DNA of 64,000 nucleotides from Escherichia coli (lineage in GTDB: Bacteria > Pseudomonadota > Gammaproteobacteria > Enterobacterales > Enterobacteriaceae): NCBI RefSeq assembly GCF_024223415.1, contig NZ_CP100500.1. One strand, 5' to 3'. The position numbers and the translations under genes were made by a program. Positions 38,899 to 46,314 of this stretch are shown one piece after another; within the stretch, counting starts at the first letter, position 1, and the number at the start of each line of letters is the position of its first letter. The notes below the pieces were generated by a model that made no database searches, was not told the origin of the DNA, and saw only the letters and a list, made by a program, of their open reading frames with translations.

Positions 38899-39681
38899 GA
38901 ATGATAAGGGGGTGCCGTTTGATGTGCTCCTGCAAAAGCTGAATGCTGCACGCGCCGCAAGGGAACGTGAGCGCATGAGTAATAACCCTGTCCCTCCTGA
39001 ATTACCTCGCCCTGAACATTTTCCGCTTGAGGATTTCATCAGGGGACGAATCCGAACAAAACGATAACCGCCGCCGTGATATGAGGCATCACGACGCAAT
39101 GCATTACAGGTGAGCACCATGAACAAATCCATATTATCCCCCACAGTTCTGGACGTAAACACAAAGCAGCGACAGATATTATTACGCGCCGTCATTAAAG
39201 CCAGACACGAGAAATTAAACCAAATCTTAAAATAAGATACGCCGCTACCGCTGTAAGTCTTCATCAGAAACAGAAAACGCCAGAGCAGATGAGCACGGAG
39301 GTAACTCTTTATGAAAATAAACGAATCAGGGGAAATTACCGAAGCCAGCGTGGTACGCCAGCGGAGGCGGGAACGACGGGTACGGCCCCCCGCGCCATCC
39401 GATAATTTCCCGCTTGAGCGCTTCATCAGTGAACGGCCCCGCATACGCTGGAACGGCACAACCCCATACCCCGAGGAGAGACAGACAAAAAACAAACAGC
39501 GATGATGAAATCTGGAGGCCAATACCATCACGCAGCCATCAGGAGATTGCTGACGCGCTTCCTGTTCGCTGGTGGCCTCGATGGTAATCACGCGCGGTTG
39601 TGCAGTGCTCAGGGCGATAAAACGCCACACAAAGGCCGTTTGTGTGTGCGCAAGGCGTGGGGTATGCTGTGTTCCAGCCAT
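38455..39681 (-). CDS. Icd-like (host cell-division inhibitor-like) N-terminus continuing without a stop into the downstream gene. This may not be a single real protein.
   Basis: A strong RBS AGGAG lies 7 nt before the ATG at 39681. The sequence MAGTQHTPRLAHTQTAFVWRFIALSTAQPRVITIEATSEQEARQQ resembles Icd-like proteins of P4-type elements. The following ~260 codons are R/S/C-rich and junk-like, yet stop-free. Confidence 0.35.
   Translation of the reverse strand: MAGTQHTPRLAHTQTAFVWRFIALSTAQPRVITIEATSEQEARQQSPDGCVMVLASRFHHRCLFFVCLSSGYGVVPFQRMRGRSLMKRSSGKLSDGAGGRTRRSRLRWRTTLASVISPDSFIFIKSYLRAHLLWRFLFLMKTYSGSGVSYFKIWFNFSCLALMTARNNICRCFVFTSRTVGDNMDLFMVLTCNALRRDASYHGGGYRFVRIRPLMKSSSGKCSGRGNSGGTGLLLMRSRSLAARAAFSFCRSTSNGTPLSFMVPPVYPLLTDGYRCIFRTNYLINTSDHIIREPEYTGAIIPHLLAYAQLTADMALNEAKAILIADCEYGVMRDDRFNALKQEFDGTPEDTDIALLCVADMVKAACFLLETAEHSGTGSDILNIASDYAEYVAEARYRRKFQEVVSHE
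38897..39067 (+). CDS. Candidate small ORF (56 aa), paralogous to 39311..39505
   Basis: A G-rich RBS (GGGGGG) precedes the ATG. It shares ..FPLE.FI..R.RIR with the second ORF. It is antisense to the long minus-strand frame. Confidence 0.3.
   Translation: MNDKGVPFDVLLQKLNAARAARERERMSNNPVPPELPRPEHFPLEDFIRGRIRTKR
39311..39505 (+). CDS. Candidate small ORF (64 aa), paralogous to 38897..39067
   Basis: The RBS GGAGG lies 8 nt before the ATG. It shares the NFPLERFISERPRIR block with the other ORF. Confidence 0.3.
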   Translation: MKINESGEITEASVVRQRRRERRVRPPAPSDNFPLERFISERPRIRWNGTTPYPEERQTKNKQR

Positions 39682-39808
39682 AATCGTTACTCCTGTTAAC
39701 GGTTTGGTTAGACGCCCTGCATGTGTGCCACCACTGCGGGGCGTTGTTTTTGTGGTGTCATTGGTATACATTGTCACCTTAATGGCATTATCACTACAGA
39801 GGTTTATC

Positions 39809-39985
39809 ATGTCAACCAATGACAACAAAAAAGAAAGATTTTCCGTACAACTACGCCTAGACGCAGATTTGTTCGAGCGTTTAAGTATTGCCATGAAAGA
39901 AGATGGCGACGATAACCGATCTGGATGGATCAAAAGGCTTTTACGACGCGAATTAGATAAACGCGGCATTGAGTCAAAAAGCTGA
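39809..39985 (+). CDS. Ribbon-helix-helix (Arc/MetJ/CopG-like) DNA-binding protein and candidate island repressor. It is the only convincing plus-strand gene in the island.
   Basis: MSTNDNKKERFSVQLRLDADLFERLSIAMKEDGDDNRSGWIKRLLRRELDKRG has the beta-strand/helix/helix pattern typical of RHH proteins. An AGAGG RBS precedes it, and a terminator follows at 40079-40107. Confidence 0.6.
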   Translation: MSTNDNKKERFSVQLRLDADLFERLSIAMKEDGDDNRSGWIKRLLRRELDKRGIESKS

Positions 39986-40078
39986 CAGCCAACCAGCAAG
40001 CCAGCACACTGATCACATTGCCCACCAGCCGCAAATGTGGCATTGTTGGTGATGCTTTTGTTTTCCCTTGTTCCCACT

Positions 40079-40107
40079 GGCGACCCTTTTGCGGTCGCCT
40101 TTGTTTT
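40079..40107 (+). terminator. Plus-strand rho-independent terminator downstream of the RHH gene
   Basis: GGCGACC-cttttgc-GGTCGCC hairpin followed by TTTGTTTT. Confidence 0.65.
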
Positions 40108-40203
40108 GCCTGTTATCCGGCAATTGTGGCGCTTCGCCACACGGTTTATATAACCCCACTGCTCAGATTCATTTTTTGCGCAGTAGGTTAATTGTTCGCA
40201 AGG

Positions 40204-40230
40204 GCGGCTCCTTATCGGGGCCGCTTTTTT
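40204..40230 (+). terminator. Second plus-strand terminator, possibly the 3' end of a small antisense RNA
   Basis: GCGGCTCC-ttatc-GGGGCCGC hairpin followed by TTTTTT. It is not functional in the minus orientation, where no U-run follows. Confidence 0.55.
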
Positions 40231-40256
40231 CGTGTTTGTCATATCTGTGATACCCG

Positions 40257-40463
40257 TTAAGCAGCCGTTCCGCGTGCTTCCTGTTCGCGTTCTTTCTGCC
40301 AGGCCAACACATCATCCTCATACCATCCGCGACGGCGTAAACCAACGCGAAAACCCTGCGGAAATTCTCCGGCGTTGATCATGCTTTGCAGCGTGCTGTC
40401 TGCCTTGATGTGGATAATTTTTTTTACTTCCTGGCGAAAGATAATTTTTCTGATTGCTTCCAT
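40257..40463 (-). CDS. alpA: AlpA-family regulator/excisionase (MerR-type wHTH)
   Basis: This is a 68-aa ORF. The sequence ...STLQSMINAGEFPQGFRVGLRRRGWYEDDVLAWQ is typical of the AlpA/prophage CP4-57 regulatory family. Confidence 0.8.
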   Translation of the reverse strand: MEAIRKIIFRQEVKKIIHIKADSTLQSMINAGEFPQGFRVGLRRRGWYEDDVLAWQKEREQEARGTAA

Positions 40464-40481
40464 CGTGATTTACCTTGTGAA

Positions 40482-40498
40482 TCCGGTGTATTCCGGTG
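40482..40498. repeat. Two TCCGGTG motifs 10 bp apart just upstream of alpA
   Basis: The sequence is aTCCGGTGtatTCCGGTGac. The same heptamer is phased at 10 bp three times at 42386-42412, next to the att core. Confidence 0.6.
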
Positions 40499-40596
40499 AC
40501 AAATACGGTAAATCATCGGATATGGGTAAAAACAGTTCCCACCGTTTTTAAACGGTATACACCGTTTTTTATATTGATGATTTGAAATGGAATTAT

Positions 40597-40619
40597 AAAA
40601 AAAGCGGCATTTCTGCCGC
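40597..40619 (-). terminator. Rho-independent terminator after the int-orf83 unit
   Basis: The minus strand reads GCGGCA-gaaa-TGCCGC followed by TTTTTTT. Confidence 0.75.
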
Positions 40620-40630
40620 TTCCAGGATTG

Positions 40631-40882
40631 TTACCGCCATTTTTTGGGCCTGCCTCCGATCTTCATAGATGCCGGACGTACGACCTTATCAATACTTACC
40701 GCCAGATTTCTGGAAGCGCCACGGGATACCAGAAAATCTACTACCTGTTTTTTTGATGGGGCCGTCGTCCTGTCCTCCGGATCGTAGGTTGACCAAAATT
40801 CATGCTGAACCATCAGGGCCAGTTGCAGCCCGTCGCAATTGCATCTGATATTTTTTTGCATCTTAACGGTTTCATGTTTCAC
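40631..40882 (-). CDS. Hypothetical 83-aa protein downstream of int
   Basis: The ORF ends in a basic C-terminus (GGRPKKWR). I do not recognise the family. Confidence 0.5.
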   Translation of the reverse strand: MKHETVKMQKNIRCNCDGLQLALMVQHEFWSTYDPEDRTTAPSKKQVVDFLVSRGASRNLAVSIDKVVRPASMKIGGRPKKWR

Positions 40883-40959
40883 GGCCTTGTCGTTAAATTT
40901 GATGCAATTATACGACGGTTTTACATGGTTTTCGTAGTTTTTACTGGTTTTCTGTACAG

Positions 40960-42219
40960 CTACACGGCTCGGATACCCCTTTTACCACTGGCGAGGGTTA
41001 CGCCCGTCGCCGCAGCCTCGACAAATTCGCCCCACCAGCGCATCAGCACGATGCGTTTTTCTATGTAGTTGCTCCGGTTGTATGCCCGTCTAACTTCGTT
41101 GGTGTCGACGTGGGCAAGTGCCGCCTCTATTACGTCCGGCTCGAATCCTTCCTCGTTCGCTGCTGTGCTGAATATGGCGCGTAATCCATGAGACACCAGC
41201 ACGCCAGCGAATCCCATACGCCGCAATGCTGCGTTAGCTGTCTGGCTGTTCATCGGCTGCTGTGGGTCTTTCAGACTTGGGAAAACGTAATTGCGGTGGT
41301 GGCTGATTGGTTTCATGGCCTCCAGCACCGCCATAGCCTGACCGGAAAGCGGGATAACGTGATCCCTGCGCATCTTCATGCGTCCGGCAGGTATCGTCCA
41401 TTGCTTCGCGTCCAGGTTGATTTCATCCCACCGCGTTGATGACGCTTCGGCGGGACGGGTTACGGTCAGTAACTGCCATTCAATCAGTAATCTGGTCTGC
41501 CGTTCTGTTGCCGATACTGATAAAGCCTGCATAAGCTCGGGCAGCTGTTCGGGGCGGATTGTTGGCATATGTTTTTTTACAGGTGAGGGAAACGCCTTAC
41601 GCACATTCATAGCCGGATTGGCATCAATCAGCCCACTGTTGGCGGCGTAATCCATTACCTCATTAACGCGCTGTAAAACCCGCTTGAGTGTTTCCAGGTT
41701 GCCGCGCTCCTTGATGGGGGTAAGCACTTCAACGAACCTTCGGGCGGTGAGGGTATCTATTGGCGTGTTGCCGATGAACGGGAATACATATTTATCCAGC
41801 GAACGCCAGATGTCTTTAATCGTGTTGGGGGCCAGATTCTGGCTGATTTTCACCTGGTACCATGCCGCCGCCACATTTTCGAACGTGTTCCCTTGTCTTC
41901 GGGCCTCTGTCTCTCTTTTTTGCCTCTCGTGGTCCTGCGGGTCAGTTCCGGCACTGATTAACGTCCTGTACTCGCTACGGCGTTTTCTGGCATCAGCCAG
42001 GGAAACATCTTCAAGCGATCCAAAACTCAGCAATATTCTTTTTTTGTCCGATGGTCGGTAGTAGGAAAATCTCCAGAGTTTTGATCCAGACGGTTTGACC
42101 AGGAGAAAAAGCCCTCCGCCGTCCTGCAGGGTGTACTCCTTTTGCGCTGGTCTGGCTGCTTTGATCTGCACTGTGGTTAATGGGTGTGTTTTTCTCGCCA
42201 TATGTCTATGATTCCACAC
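40960..42219 (-). CDS. int: Tyrosine integrase, P4/CP4-57 (DUF4102 N-terminal arm-binding) type
   Basis: The N-terminus reads LTTVQIKAARPAQKEYTLQDGGGLFLLVKPSGSKLWRFSY. The catalytic region contains HGLRAIFST..ALAHV and RAYNRSNY. An alternative start MARKTHP lies at 42201. The gene is adjacent to the tRNA. Confidence 0.9.
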   Translation of the reverse strand: MWNHRHMARKTHPLTTVQIKAARPAQKEYTLQDGGGLFLLVKPSGSKLWRFSYYRPSDKKRILLSFGSLEDVSLADARKRRSEYRTLISAGTDPQDHERQKRETEARRQGNTFENVAAAWYQVKISQNLAPNTIKDIWRSLDKYVFPFIGNTPIDTLTARRFVEVLTPIKERGNLETLKRVLQRVNEVMDYAANSGLIDANPAMNVRKAFPSPVKKHMPTIRPEQLPELMQALSVSATERQTRLLIEWQLLTVTRPAEASSTRWDEINLDAKQWTIPAGRMKMRRDHVIPLSGQAMAVLEAMKPISHHRNYVFPSLKDPQQPMNSQTANAALRRMGFAGVLVSHGLRAIFSTAANEEGFEPDVIEAALAHVDTNEVRRAYNRSNYIEKRIVLMRWWGEFVEAAATGVTLASGKRGIRAV

Positions 42220-42235
42220 GAAAAAACAGGGTTTT

Positions 42236-42285
42236 AGTTATACGGCTTTAGTTATACGTCAGCCCGTATAACTAAACGTATAACT
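42236..42285. repeat. Four CGTATAACT motifs (two inverted, two direct), candidate integrase arm-type sites
   Basis: AGTTATACG at 42236 and 42250; CGTATAACT at 42265 and 42277. They lie directly upstream of int. Confidence 0.6.
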
Positions 42286-42385
42286 AAAAAATCCGGCTGA
42301 TAGCTTATAAATCCGGTGATGTTCGGTGACTAAAAAACATAAAAAAACCCGCCAATCAAGTGATTAGCGGGTTATCCCTGTCTTA

Positions 42386-42412
42386 TCCGGTGCTTTCCGG
42401 TGATATCCGGTG
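42386..42412. repeat. Three TCCGGTG motifs at exact 10-bp phasing abutting the tRNA 3' end
   Basis: The sequence is taTCCGGTGcttTCCGGTGataTCCGGTGgg. Confidence 0.65.
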
Positions 42413-42419
42413 GGCGATT

Positions 42420-42496
42420 TGGTCGGCACGAGAGGATTTGAACCTCCGACCCCCGACACCCCATGACGGTGCGCTACCAGGCTGCGCTACGTGCCG
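42420..42496 (-). tRNA. proL: tRNA-Pro (anticodon GGG)
   Basis: The minus strand reads CGGCACGTAGCGCAGCCTGGTAGCGCACCGTCATGGGGTGTCGGGGGTCGGAGGTTCAAATCCTCTCGTGCCGACCA. It is 77 nt with cloverleaf-compatible arms and an encoded CCA. Confidence 0.92.
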
Positions 42497-42570
42497 ACTC
42501 GTGGCTGTTAATACTACCGTTTTCCACACCGATTGCAAGTAAGATATTTCGCTAACTGATTTATAATTAA

Positions 42571-44331
42571 TCAGTTAGCGATAAAACGCTTCTCGTCTGT
42601 CAGTACTTGCAATAACAAACTTAACTGTGGTTTTTCATCTTTCACTCTTTCACCACGTAAGTTGTAAGTGCGGTATTTACCGTTATTGTTCAGCACCAGC
42701 GTCTTTTTCGGGGTGGTAATTGCCAGCGTATCGTTATCCGCTGCGGTAACCCAGTAATGACGGCGTTGAGGGTTGAACAAATCCTGACCTTGCGAATATT
42801 CGCTGGCAGGTGTGCTGACATGTAGCAGGCGTTGCATCAGCGTCGTCATCAGATCGGTATGATCAGTCAGCGCATTAATACGCTGCGCCGGCGTGCCTGG
42901 CCAGTGAATCACTAATGGCACCTGCAGGTGACCGTGGGACCAGTCAAAGGTTTCTTCCTCTTCGCTCAGTGGAATACCCCGACCGGCAGTGATAATCACC
43001 ACCGTATTGCCCAGTTTGCCAGAATCACGCAGTGCATTGAGCACGCGGTTGATCTGGTCATCGACATTGCCTGCCGCCCGGCTATATTTCCGTGCAAATG
43101 CCTGCTGATTGCTGTCGTCAATGTTGGTGCCATTGAAAGAGACCCACGAGAACCAGCGGTTATCTTCTTGTGCGTAGCGTCCCAGCCAGTTGATCCACTG
43201 CGTGGCGGTCTGCTCGTCGGATTGGGTGCGTACGCTCGGCATCGAGAAATCTGACAACAATGCCTGACGATAAAGCGGACTGGTAAAGCCATCTGACGAG
43301 AATAGGCCCAACTGATAGCCTTGCTGGTTGAGAGCGGTAATTAACGCCGCAGGCGTACGGGTCGACAGAATGCCGTCCATATAGCTCGGTGAGATGCCAT
43401 AGAACAGGCCAAAGATGCCGTTGTCTGTAGTGTTGCCGGAGCTCATATGGCGCGTGAACGAAATATTTTGCTCAGCAAAACCTGCCAGCGCAGGCATCTG
43501 CTTCTCGAAGCGTGAGTAGTTCAGGCCATCGACAGTAATCAACAAGACATTCTGCCCGGTGCCCATATCGCGATAGCGCAGTTCGCTTAACGGATACTGA
43601 ACGGAAACGGCGTCTGGATTACCTTGCTCAATAAGACGGCGTTGATACTCCTGTGCATCAAGCAGGCCATGCTTTTCAAGAAAACGTCGCGCCGTCATCG
43701 GGTACGAAAGCGGCAGGTTAGCGCGCTGCATGGTGATCGGGCGATAGAAGTTGGCATCGGCCCAGATATACACCACATGCGAGGCGATAAAGGCGATAAA
43801 TAAGAATGCGGCCAGCGGACGCGCGAAGCGCCGACGACGCGTCAGGCTGCGCAGCTTTTGCCAGCTCCACGTCGCAAACACCAGTTCAAGCAATAAAATA
43901 ACCGGCACGCTGATGAACATCAGCTGCCAGTCGCGCGCCATCTCATTTTCGTCTGGGTTGATAACCAGTTGCCAGACGATGGGATTAAGATGGAGATGGA
44001 AACGAGTAAAGACTTCGCTATCGATCAGTAATAGCGTCATTCCCGCCGTTGCCAGAATGACGGACAAAAACCTCATCAGCCTCTGGGAGCCGACGATAAA
44101 GGTCAGCGGGAAGAGGATCAGCAAGTAGGTGGCGAACACCAGGAAGCTGAAATGGCCGATAATGCTTACGTAGGAATAAATGCGACCAGCAAGCGTGGTC
44201 GGCCAGTCGGCGATAAACAGGTAACGGCTGCCAATGACGAGCGAAAGCAGAATATTGAACAGTGCAAACCAGTGCCCCCAACTGACCATCTGGGAGACTT
44301 TTTCACGGTAGCGCTGACGATGAGTTACCAT
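42571..44331 (-). CDS. yejM: Inner-membrane LPS/cardiolipin homeostasis protein YejM (PbgA/LapC)
   Basis: This is a 586-aa ORF with five N-terminal transmembrane segments and a sulfatase-like periplasmic domain. Confidence 0.92.
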   Translation of the reverse strand: MVTHRQRYREKVSQMVSWGHWFALFNILLSLVIGSRYLFIADWPTTLAGRIYSYVSIIGHFSFLVFATYLLILFPLTFIVGSQRLMRFLSVILATAGMTLLLIDSEVFTRFHLHLNPIVWQLVINPDENEMARDWQLMFISVPVILLLELVFATWSWQKLRSLTRRRRFARPLAAFLFIAFIASHVVYIWADANFYRPITMQRANLPLSYPMTARRFLEKHGLLDAQEYQRRLIEQGNPDAVSVQYPLSELRYRDMGTGQNVLLITVDGLNYSRFEKQMPALAGFAEQNISFTRHMSSGNTTDNGIFGLFYGISPSYMDGILSTRTPAALITALNQQGYQLGLFSSDGFTSPLYRQALLSDFSMPSVRTQSDEQTATQWINWLGRYAQEDNRWFSWVSFNGTNIDDSNQQAFARKYSRAAGNVDDQINRVLNALRDSGKLGNTVVIITAGRGIPLSEEEETFDWSHGHLQVPLVIHWPGTPAQRINALTDHTDLMTTLMQRLLHVSTPASEYSQGQDLFNPQRRHYWVTAADNDTLAITTPKKTLVLNNNGKYRTYNLRGERVKDEKPQLSLLLQVLTDEKRFIAN

Positions 44332-44350
44332 AACCTGTTATCTGTTTCCC

Positions 44351-44578
44351 TTAGTGCGCTTTGTCTTCGTTGATAGAGGACTGTAAGGCGCGGGCAAAAG
44401 AGTTGGCAATTGCCTGGCGTTGGGCCGGGGCAATGCTGGTGTTGATAAGGTTAGTGACCATGTTGCCTAACACCATCAGGGAAAGGTCGGTCGGAGCCTT
44501 ATGTTTTTCCAGTACGTTGAGCAGCTCTGCGAGCAATTGTTCAACCTGTTCATCACTGTAGCGGGAAATTTGTGGCAT
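44351..44578 (-). CDS. yejL: UPF0352 protein YejL
   Basis: This is a 75-aa ORF ([32 protein letters not shown]) in conserved synteny. Confidence 0.9.
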
Positions 44579-44759
44579 AAATCGAAATCAGTTAGTTGAT
44601 GAAAGGGCAACATATTACCGTAGCAACGGTTTTTTTTCTGCTTTTTTATGCGTTAAATCATTCTCGTTACGCTGCCTTCTGTAAAATGACCGCCATCTTT
44701 TATTGCGTCGCTTAACCGGCGGTGGTTGAATACCGCCCGGTCTTAAAGGAGAGTTTATC

Positions 44760-45767
44760 ATGAGTCTGGATATCAACCAGATTGCTCTGCACCAGCTTAT
44801 CAAGCGTGATGAGCAGAACCTTGAGCTGGTGTTGCGCGATTCATTGCTGGAACCGACAGAAACCGTCGTTGAGATGGTGGCAGAACTGCATCGGGTCTAT
44901 AGCGCCAAAAATAAAGCTTACGGCTTGTTTAGCGAAGAGAGTGAACTGGCGCAGACGCTGCGCTTACAGCGTCAGGGCGAAGAGGACTTTCTGGCATTTA
45001 GCCGCGCGGCAACCGGTCGCCTGCGTGACGAATTAGCGAAATATCCTTTTGCTGACGGTGGATTCGTGCTGTTTTGCCACTACCGTTATCTGGCGGTGGA
45101 GTATCTGCTGGTGGCAGTTCTGAGCAACCTGAGCAGTATGCGCGTTAACGAAAATCTCGACATCAACCCAACCCATTATCTTGATATCAATCATGCGGAT
45201 ATTGTTGCGCGTATCGATTTAACCGAATGGGAAACCAATCCAGAGTCGACCCGCTATCTCACTTTCCTGAAAGGGCGAGTAGGGCGCAAAGTGGCGGATT
45301 TCTTTATGGATTTCCTCGGGGCCAGCGAAGGATTGAACGCGAAAGCGCAAAACCGTGGGCTGTTGCAAGCGGTTGATGATTTCACTGCCGAAGCACAACT
45401 GGATAAAGCAGAGCGACAGAACGTGCGCCAGCAGGTTTATAGCTACTGTAATGAGCAGCTGCAGGCAGGCGAAGAGATCGAACTGGAATCGCTGTCGAAA
45501 GAGCTGGCAGGCGTCAGCGAAGTGAGCTTCACGGAGTTTGCGGCTGAAAAAGGCTACGAACTGGAAGAGAGCTTCCCGGCAGACCGTAGCACACTGCGTC
45601 AGTTGACGAAGTTTGCCGGTAGCGGCGGTGGCTTGACTATTAATTTTGATGCGATGCTGTTGGGCGAACGGATTTTCTGGGATCCGGCGACCGATACCCT
45701 GACTATTAAAGGCACGCCGCCGAATTTGCGCGATCAATTGCAGCGCCGGACGTCCGGCGGCAATTAA
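44760..45767 (+). CDS. yejK: Nucleoid-associated protein YejK (NdpA)
   Basis: This is a 335-aa ORF with full-length NdpA-like sequence. Confidence 0.92.
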
Positions 45768-45784
45768 TCGGTTTTGTGTTATGA

Positions 45785-45820
45785 ATGCCAGATGCGGCGT
45801 GAACGCCTTATCTGGCCTGC
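45785..45820. repeat. REP palindromic unit
   Basis: atgccagatgcggcgtgaacgccttatctggcctgc. Confidence 0.7.
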
Positions 45821-45861
45821 AAAAAATAGCAATATCGTAATCAGGCATAATCTGCAGATAC

Positions 45862-45889
45862 AAAAAACCCCGCCGGAGCGGGGTTTTTT
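45862..45889. terminator. Bidirectional terminator between yejK and rplY
   Basis: An A-run, a CCCCGC-cgga-GCGGGG hairpin and a T-run. Confidence 0.85.
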
Positions 45890-45905
45890 ACAACTTATTC
45901 AGCAA

Positions 45906-46298
<393 letters not shown>

Positions 46299-46314
46299 TC
46301 AATCAAAACTACCA

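Larger units (their letters stand above)
31184..42419 (-). mobile_element. tRNA-Pro-integrated phage satellite (PICI-like) with its own lambda E/D-type capsid genes and cos sites
   Basis: It is bounded by proL and a degenerate copy of the proL 3' end. The integrase is adjacent to the tRNA. All strong ORFs are on the minus strand. Replication, regulation, capsid and cos modules are present, while terminase, portal, tail and lysis genes are absent. Confidence 0.8.

Noticed and set aside
38455-40242. 595-aa ORF taken at face value as one large protein
   Set aside because: Most of the translation is low-complexity R/S/C-rich and overlaps better-supported plus-strand features (the RHH gene and terminators). 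Only the Icd-like segment and the C-terminal ~130 aa look real. The openness of the frame is reported as an anomaly rather than as a gene.
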